Shown here: positions 58,190-64,000 of the stretch, piece after piece
Layout: each line of letters begins with the position of its first letter
Numbering within the stretch: position 1 is the stretch's first letter
DNA from: Candidatus Uhrbacteria bacterium CG10_big_fil_rev_8_21_14_0_10_48_16
GTDB lineage: Bacteria; Patescibacteriota; Patescibacteriia; UBA9934; GWF2-40-263
DNA length: 64,000 nt
Direction of reading: 5' to 3'
Assembly (NCBI GenBank): GCA_002793515.1
Contig: PFEU01000018.1
Span: forward strand, 32,203 to 96,202
The notes under the pieces: model-generated
Told to the model about the DNA's origin: nothing
The model's database searches: none
The model's input: the letters and a program-made list of their open reading frames with translations, nothing else
Program-made: the position numbers and the translations under genes

Positions 58190-58645
58190 CTACTGACTGA
58201 CGACTCGTATGTCAAGAATATCACCCATTTTTACAGAATGGCTGTTGATAAACCCAGCAGAAACCTCTAAAACCGCATCTACGGGAGCGGGAGACGTATA
58301 CACCGTCACGACAGGGTCCTCAGGCTGTGCATCCTCGACAAATCCAATAACCTCCCCCTCAAGCAACCAGATAATGTCGATGGGAAAGTTCATCTCCTTC
58401 ATCCAATAGCGCTGGATCTCACGCGTCTCATGAAGAAACAGAAGTCCTTCGCGCTCCTCTAGGTGCTCGCGTCCAGACAAACCCTGAACGCGTTCCGCAT
58501 GCTCATCAGCAATATCAACCACGACTTCTGCTCCATTGGGAAACACAACGATGGATCGTTCCGTCTCAGGGGCTTGAGACGAGCGGAGGGACAACACTCC
58601 CATCACCCCAAGAATAAAAAAGATGGGAAGGATGAGTTTACGCAT
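58190..58645 (-). CDS. DUF192 domain secreted protein
   Basis: Signal peptide; ...QGLSGRE...LLFLHE...MKEMNFPIDIIWL matches the DUF192 pattern. Confidence 0.55.
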   Translation of the reverse strand: MRKLILPIFFILGVMGVLSLRSSQAPETERSIVVFPNGAEVVVDIADEHAERVQGLSGREHLEEREGLLFLHETREIQRYWMKEMNFPIDIIWLLEGEVIGFVEDAQPEDPVVTVYTSPAPVDAVLEVSAGFINSHSVKMGDILDIRVVSQ

Positions 58646-59672
58646 GTCGATCTTTTTGTACGAGGAGCAATGCCCCAAGTCCCATGATGAGCGAGAGGAT
58701 CAAGAGTGCCACAAGCTTCTCCTGACTCTGAAGAAACAACGCGCTCACACCGAACGCCGTCGCAATCGTTACATAGAGAAGAACAATCGGCGTCTGACCC
58801 CATCCGAGTTTTAGAAGGCGATGATGCAGATGCTTTTTGTCTCCTTTGAATATTCGTGAAAATCCTCCTTCTTGTAATCGACGACTGACCACCCAGATAG
58901 CATCTAGAAGAGGAATTCCTAAAACAAGAAGCGCCGTTGCAACTTTCCCTCCCGAAATCACGGCAAGGACTCCCAACATATATCCCACAAAGACACTCCC
59001 TCCTTCTCCGAGAAAAATGGAAGCGGGATGGATGTTCCAAAAAAGAAAACCGACATATGCCCCAAGCGTCACCACAGAAAGGAGGGCGACGTCCGGCTGA
59101 AAATACATTGATGTCAATGATAACAATAGAATCATCAAGGCTCCAACACTTGTGACAGACGTAGCGAGACCATCGAGGCCATCGAGAAATTTTGTTGTGT
59201 ACATGACCACCAGCAACCAGATAAATACCAGAATATTTGATTGCCACGATGTGAGGATGAGCACGCCTCCAAACGGATTTGTGAGCTTGTCTACCTCGAT
59301 TCCAAACCCGATCGCGACACAGGTCGCGAGGACCGGAGCGATAATCGCTGTTCGTGGCGGGAGCTCGTATCGGTCATCTAAAAACCCCCCTATCATCAGA
59401 ATACATCCCCCGAGAATCACTCCGATATAATGATTCACGGTAATGGCTCCAGATGTCAGAAGGTCTCCGGAAGCGAGGATCCCGATCGTCGTTACAGCAA
59501 TGGCGAGGAAAATGGCTATTCCCCCGAGCTGGGCCACGGGACGCTGATGAATCTTCCTCGAGATAGTCGGCTTATCAATGATATTAAAACGAATCGCCAA
59601 TCGTCTGACGACAATCGTTAGAGAAAATGAGAGGACAAATGAGAGGGCTCCCCAGAGAATAAGCGTGGTCAT
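58638..59672 (-). CDS. polyprenyl-phosphate N-acetylhexosamine-1-phosphate transferase (WecA/MraY family)
   Basis: 10-11 TM; cytoplasmic-loop motifs including LDDRYEL (DDxxE-like) and NxxNxxDGxDGL-like FLDGLDGLATSV. Confidence 0.7.
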   Translation of the reverse strand: MTTLILWGALSFVLSFSLTIVVRRLAIRFNIIDKPTISRKIHQRPVAQLGGIAIFLAIAVTTIGILASGDLLTSGAITVNHYIGVILGGCILMIGGFLDDRYELPPRTAIIAPVLATCVAIGFGIEVDKLTNPFGGVLILTSWQSNILVFIWLLVVMYTTKFLDGLDGLATSVTSVGALMILLLSLTSMYFQPDVALLSVVTLGAYVGFLFWNIHPASIFLGEGGSVFVGYMLGVLAVISGGKVATALLVLGIPLLDAIWVVSRRLQEGGFSRIFKGDKKHLHHRLLKLGWGQTPIVLLYVTIATAFGVSALFLQSQEKLVALLILSLIMGLGALLLVQKDRHA

Positions 59673-62314
59673 AATTCAACCCCCTTTTCAATACGAATCT
59701 TTCCACCTGCCTCAAGAACAATCCTATCGCGCCGTCTGACGTTTCCTTCCAGAAGCGCATTTGCAATCGCGTTATCAACCTCTTCTTGAACCAGACGTCT
59801 CAGTGGTCGTGCGCCAAACTTAGGATCAAAGCCACGCTCAGCCAGCTCTGCCACGGCTGACTCCTCTGCCGTAAATCCAATCCCTTTTGGTTCCAAGCGG
59901 GTCGCAACAGCAGACATGAAGATCTTGGTTATCTCCTTTACATCGTCCGGGGTAAGTGGCTTAAAGACGATAATTCCATCAAAACGGTTTAAGAATTCAG
60001 GTCGATAAATCCCCTGAAGTTCTTCTTCGATTAACTGCGTCTTGATTGTCTCCATGGAATCTCCTCGAGCGACTGCGTCTTGAATGTACTGAGTTCCTGC
60101 GTTCGAAGTTGAAATAACAATGGTATTTGTAAAATCAATCGTGCGTCCCACGGAATCCGTTAGACGACCATCTTCAAATACCTGAAGGAATACATTGAGA
60201 ATATCAGGATGCGCCTTTTCGAGTTCATCCAGAAGCACGATGGCAAACGGCTGTTTACGCACCGCCTCTGTCAATAGCCCTCCTTGGTTTGACCCGGGAG
60301 CTCCAAGAAGCCGATTAATACTCGACGCTTCTTGATACTCAGACATGTCCATGCGGATCATCATGTTCTCATCACCGAAATAGGTTTCAGCCACGGTCTT
60401 TGCCAGCTCCGTCTTTCCCACACCTGTCGGACCAAGAAAAAGGAAGGTCGCGATTGGGCGCCCCTGCGAACGCAAATCTGTGCGAGCCCGTCGAAGAGCG
60501 GAAGCTACCGCCTTAACGGCTTCATCCTGACCAATCACGCGTCCATGCATCTTATCTTCCAATGAAAGTAGCTTGTCCTTTTCATCTTCGGCAACGGACA
60601 TGGTTGGAATCCCTGTTTTTGAGCTCACAATCGAGGCAACATCCTCCCCGGTCACAAGCGCATCTTCTCCCTTTGTTTTTGAAACTTGAAGACCGGCTTC
60701 TCGAGCCACCTCAATCGCTTTCTTTGGAAGATACGTTTCATGCATGTAGCGATCTGAAAGAGTCACCGCTTTCTCAACCGCTTCATAAGTAAAAATCACA
60801 TTATGTTCGTACTCGATGCTTCCAATTTTTGACTGAAGCATGTGAATCGCAGATTCCTGATCTGGCTCAAGCAGATCCACCTTTTGAAACGACCGTCCTA
60901 AAATAGAGCGCTCAACAAGACGTGTGTATGCCTGCGAAGTGGTTGTGGCAATCGCGAACGTCCCACTTCGAGAGAGGAAATCGACAAGCGTTGCTCCAAG
61001 ATCCGTGGCCTCTGTGGTTCCCTGTGCCACAAGCTGATCAATGTCCGTAATCGCGAGAATAATATTTCGAGAACGAGCGACTTCAGAAAAAATTTGCAAG
61101 AGTCGCTCCTGTGCCTGTGAGGGATTCGCTCCGGAGACAAGATGCGGGATGGAAATGCGAACCAGGCGCCGATCCTGAAGAATCTTCGGAACTTCTTCTC
61201 TGACCATCAGGTCCGCAATCCCGGCGAGGACCGTGGATTTTCCAACCCCCTCTGGCCCCACAAGAACGACACTTTGACGTCCGCCTTCAATGACGCGAAA
61301 AATTTCTTCTACCTGTGACTCTCGATCAATCATCATTGGCAGGCGCCCACTCACGGCGGCAGTTGTCAGATCTTCTGAGACCGCATCAAGCATAGGAGTG
61401 GCGATACTCGTCATTGCGCGGTTCATCGGACCTGTTGGTTTATACATGGCGGCCTTGCGAGATTGTTTGTAACGCTCACGCATGTTCTCATGAATCCGCA
61501 ACCAGGCAATCATGTTATGAAACTTCGTCTCGTCGACACCCTTATCAAGGAACAATTCTCGAATAAATGCATCTTGCTCATACACCCCCGCAAAAATCTC
61601 GAGGGAACTTATCTCGCTTCGATCTTCGGATACCGCCCGACGAAATGCTTCGAGAAACACACGCTCTCCTTCCAAAGATAAACGTGGGGGCTTCCCAAGC
61701 TCTCTGGTTTGAAGACGGCGTCCAACAGCGTCTTGCAAATCCGCAAAAGAAAGACCTAAACGTCCGAAGACGACCGAGACATCCGAAGCATCTATGGTTC
61801 CGACAAAAATATGAAGGAGTTCGACATTCTTGTGACCAAATTTTGTTGCGAGCTCAAACGCCCGTTCGATCGAGGCGGTCGCGTCCGCAGAAAATAGATC
61901 CGCAAGATTCACATGTGTCCCCTCGCTTTGAAACGACACAACCTCTGGAACCTCCTCTGATCCTGTTGGCATGACGGCCGAGAGCGTTCCTACAAGCGAC
62001 TGATGGAAGTAAAGAAACGCCACAAATAACCCTGTGGCATACAGAAAGACTCCCGTCCATGAAGGGTCAACCCAAAACGCACTCGTCAACACCGAAGAAA
62101 ATCCTTGTACAAACAACAGAACGAGCGTGATCAATCCTGCCACCACCAACTTTCCAAACGCCACTCCACTTAACAGTTTTGAGGCCGAGAGTCGAGCGGA
62201 ACGTTCTCGAACATGTTCCTCGTCCATAAACGCCGACCAGGAGTAGCTCTTTCCATCAAGTTGTACTTCAAATTCTGGCATAGCGTTACAGAACACCAAT
62301 AAGATGTGAAACAA
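59669..62314 (-). CDS. Clp/Hsp100-family double-AAA+ ATPase (ClpC-like) with N-terminal transmembrane segment
   Basis: Two AAA modules (VLVGPEGVGKST...; FLFLGPTGVGKTELAK...), Clp_N repeat (ELLHIFVGTID...); residues about 30-110 contain 2-3 hydrophobic helices. Confidence 0.75.
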   Translation of the reverse strand: MFHILLVFCNAMPEFEVQLDGKSYSWSAFMDEEHVRERSARLSASKLLSGVAFGKLVVAGLITLVLLFVQGFSSVLTSAFWVDPSWTGVFLYATGLFVAFLYFHQSLVGTLSAVMPTGSEEVPEVVSFQSEGTHVNLADLFSADATASIERAFELATKFGHKNVELLHIFVGTIDASDVSVVFGRLGLSFADLQDAVGRRLQTRELGKPPRLSLEGERVFLEAFRRAVSEDRSEISSLEIFAGVYEQDAFIRELFLDKGVDETKFHNMIAWLRIHENMRERYKQSRKAAMYKPTGPMNRAMTSIATPMLDAVSEDLTTAAVSGRLPMMIDRESQVEEIFRVIEGGRQSVVLVGPEGVGKSTVLAGIADLMVREEVPKILQDRRLVRISIPHLVSGANPSQAQERLLQIFSEVARSRNIILAITDIDQLVAQGTTEATDLGATLVDFLSRSGTFAIATTTSQAYTRLVERSILGRSFQKVDLLEPDQESAIHMLQSKIGSIEYEHNVIFTYEAVEKAVTLSDRYMHETYLPKKAIEVAREAGLQVSKTKGEDALVTGEDVASIVSSKTGIPTMSVAEDEKDKLLSLEDKMHGRVIGQDEAVKAVASALRRARTDLRSQGRPIATFLFLGPTGVGKTELAKTVAETYFGDENMMIRMDMSEYQEASSINRLLGAPGSNQGGLLTEAVRKQPFAIVLLDELEKAHPDILNVFLQVFEDGRLTDSVGRTIDFTNTIVISTSNAGTQYIQDAVARGDSMETIKTQLIEEELQGIYRPEFLNRFDGIIVFKPLTPDDVKEITKIFMSAVATRLEPKGIGFTAEESAVAELAERGFDPKFGARPLRRLVQEEVDNAIANALLEGNVRRRDRIVLEAGGKIRIEKGVEL

Positions 62315-62660
62315 ATCCGATGACGCTCACAGGGAGCAGGAAGACGTACACAACGGCCAAAATTCCAGCGACAACTGTCCAGAGCAACACCCCAAGAGAC
62401 CGCGCGAGCAACACAAAGAATCGCACAATAAAACTAATCAGACGTCCTGTGATAGATGCATCTCCATACATCGGCACAAAGAGATTCTTTGACCACACAT
62501 CCACCCCGAAATATCTGACACTTTCTGCAACGGAATGCAAAAGTTTCCCAAACGTCTGTTTAAGACCAGTGGTGTACCACCACAAAGGCAACCGTCCAAG
62601 TTCTTTCATCGACTCTAGAACGGCCGTCTTAAAAATCAGAACATTCGAGGGTTTTGTCAT
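62286..62660 (-). CDS. small membrane protein
   Basis: 124 aa, 2-3 TM; overlaps the clpC-like start. Confidence 0.3.
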   Translation of the reverse strand: MTKPSNVLIFKTAVLESMKELGRLPLWWYTTGLKQTFGKLLHSVAESVRYFGVDVWSKNLFVPMYGDASITGRLISFIVRFFVLLARSLGVLLWTVVAGILAVVYVFLLPVSVIGFVSHLIGVL

Positions 62661-62688
62661 GTCATTATAATATCACAAAAACCGCCCG

Positions 62689-63903
<1,215 letters not shown>

Positions 63904-64000
63904 TCATTTGGTGGCAAGGCCATCACCCTCCAAAGTGGGGACGAAGTCCTCATCGAATGTCCGAACGGTCGGGCGTGGCTGATGCTCCTCTTCGGTGTGC

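Overview
The backbone of this 64 kb window is that of a reduced-genome, CPR/Patescibacteria-like bacterium at about 45-48% GC. I recognise most of its genes by motif, not by search. They include a ribosomal/rpoA operon (infA-rpmJ-rpsM-rpsK-rpsD-rpoA-rplQ-rplM-rpsI) and alaS, murJ, secA, secD and secF. Cell-wall genes murB, murC, uppP and a WecA/MraY-like gene are present. One-carbon and nucleotide metabolism is represented by glyA, folD and rdgB. Replication and repair genes are dnaB, ybaB and recR. RNA modification genes are mnmA, tgt, era and RumA/SpoU-family methylases. There is also a surface-polysaccharide locus (ligase, GT2, GT2, GT4, flippase) and a TraD/VirD4-like ATPase with a membrane partner.

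The most interesting region lies at 52.2-56.0 kb, between recR and an ABC exporter. It is a compositional mosaic. An AT-rich stretch of about 2.4 kb carries three co-oriented ORFs: an unknown, an HEPN-like protein with an Rx4H motif, and a frameshifted SET-domain methyltransferase. Each ORF is followed by a 57-87 bp imperfect palindrome whose ends match integron attC core sites (RYYYAAC ... GTTRRRY, e.g. GCCTAAC...GTTAGAT). Each palindrome also carries an apparent extrahelical G. The AT-rich stretch sits between two GC-rich ORFs of about 60% GC on the opposite strand, a cupin and an unknown. Together this looks like an integron-type gene-cassette array, CALIN-like because no integrase is in the window, in a lineage where integrons are not expected.

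Four further GC-rich single-gene insertions are scattered among housekeeping genes, each with a strong SD and hairpin terminators. One is a stand-alone PPDK_N/PEP-utilising ATP-grasp domain. A 128-bp MITE-like element with perfect 18-bp terminal inverted repeats and a 5-bp target-site duplication (CCTCA) has split the glyA terminator. Other points worth a second look are a SecD with an inserted parvulin PPIase domain, a membrane-anchored ClpC-like ATPase, a kinase-like protein in an operon with DUF1294, LemA and TPM genes, and an rpoA lacking the alpha-CTD.

No rRNA, tRNA or CRISPR array was seen.
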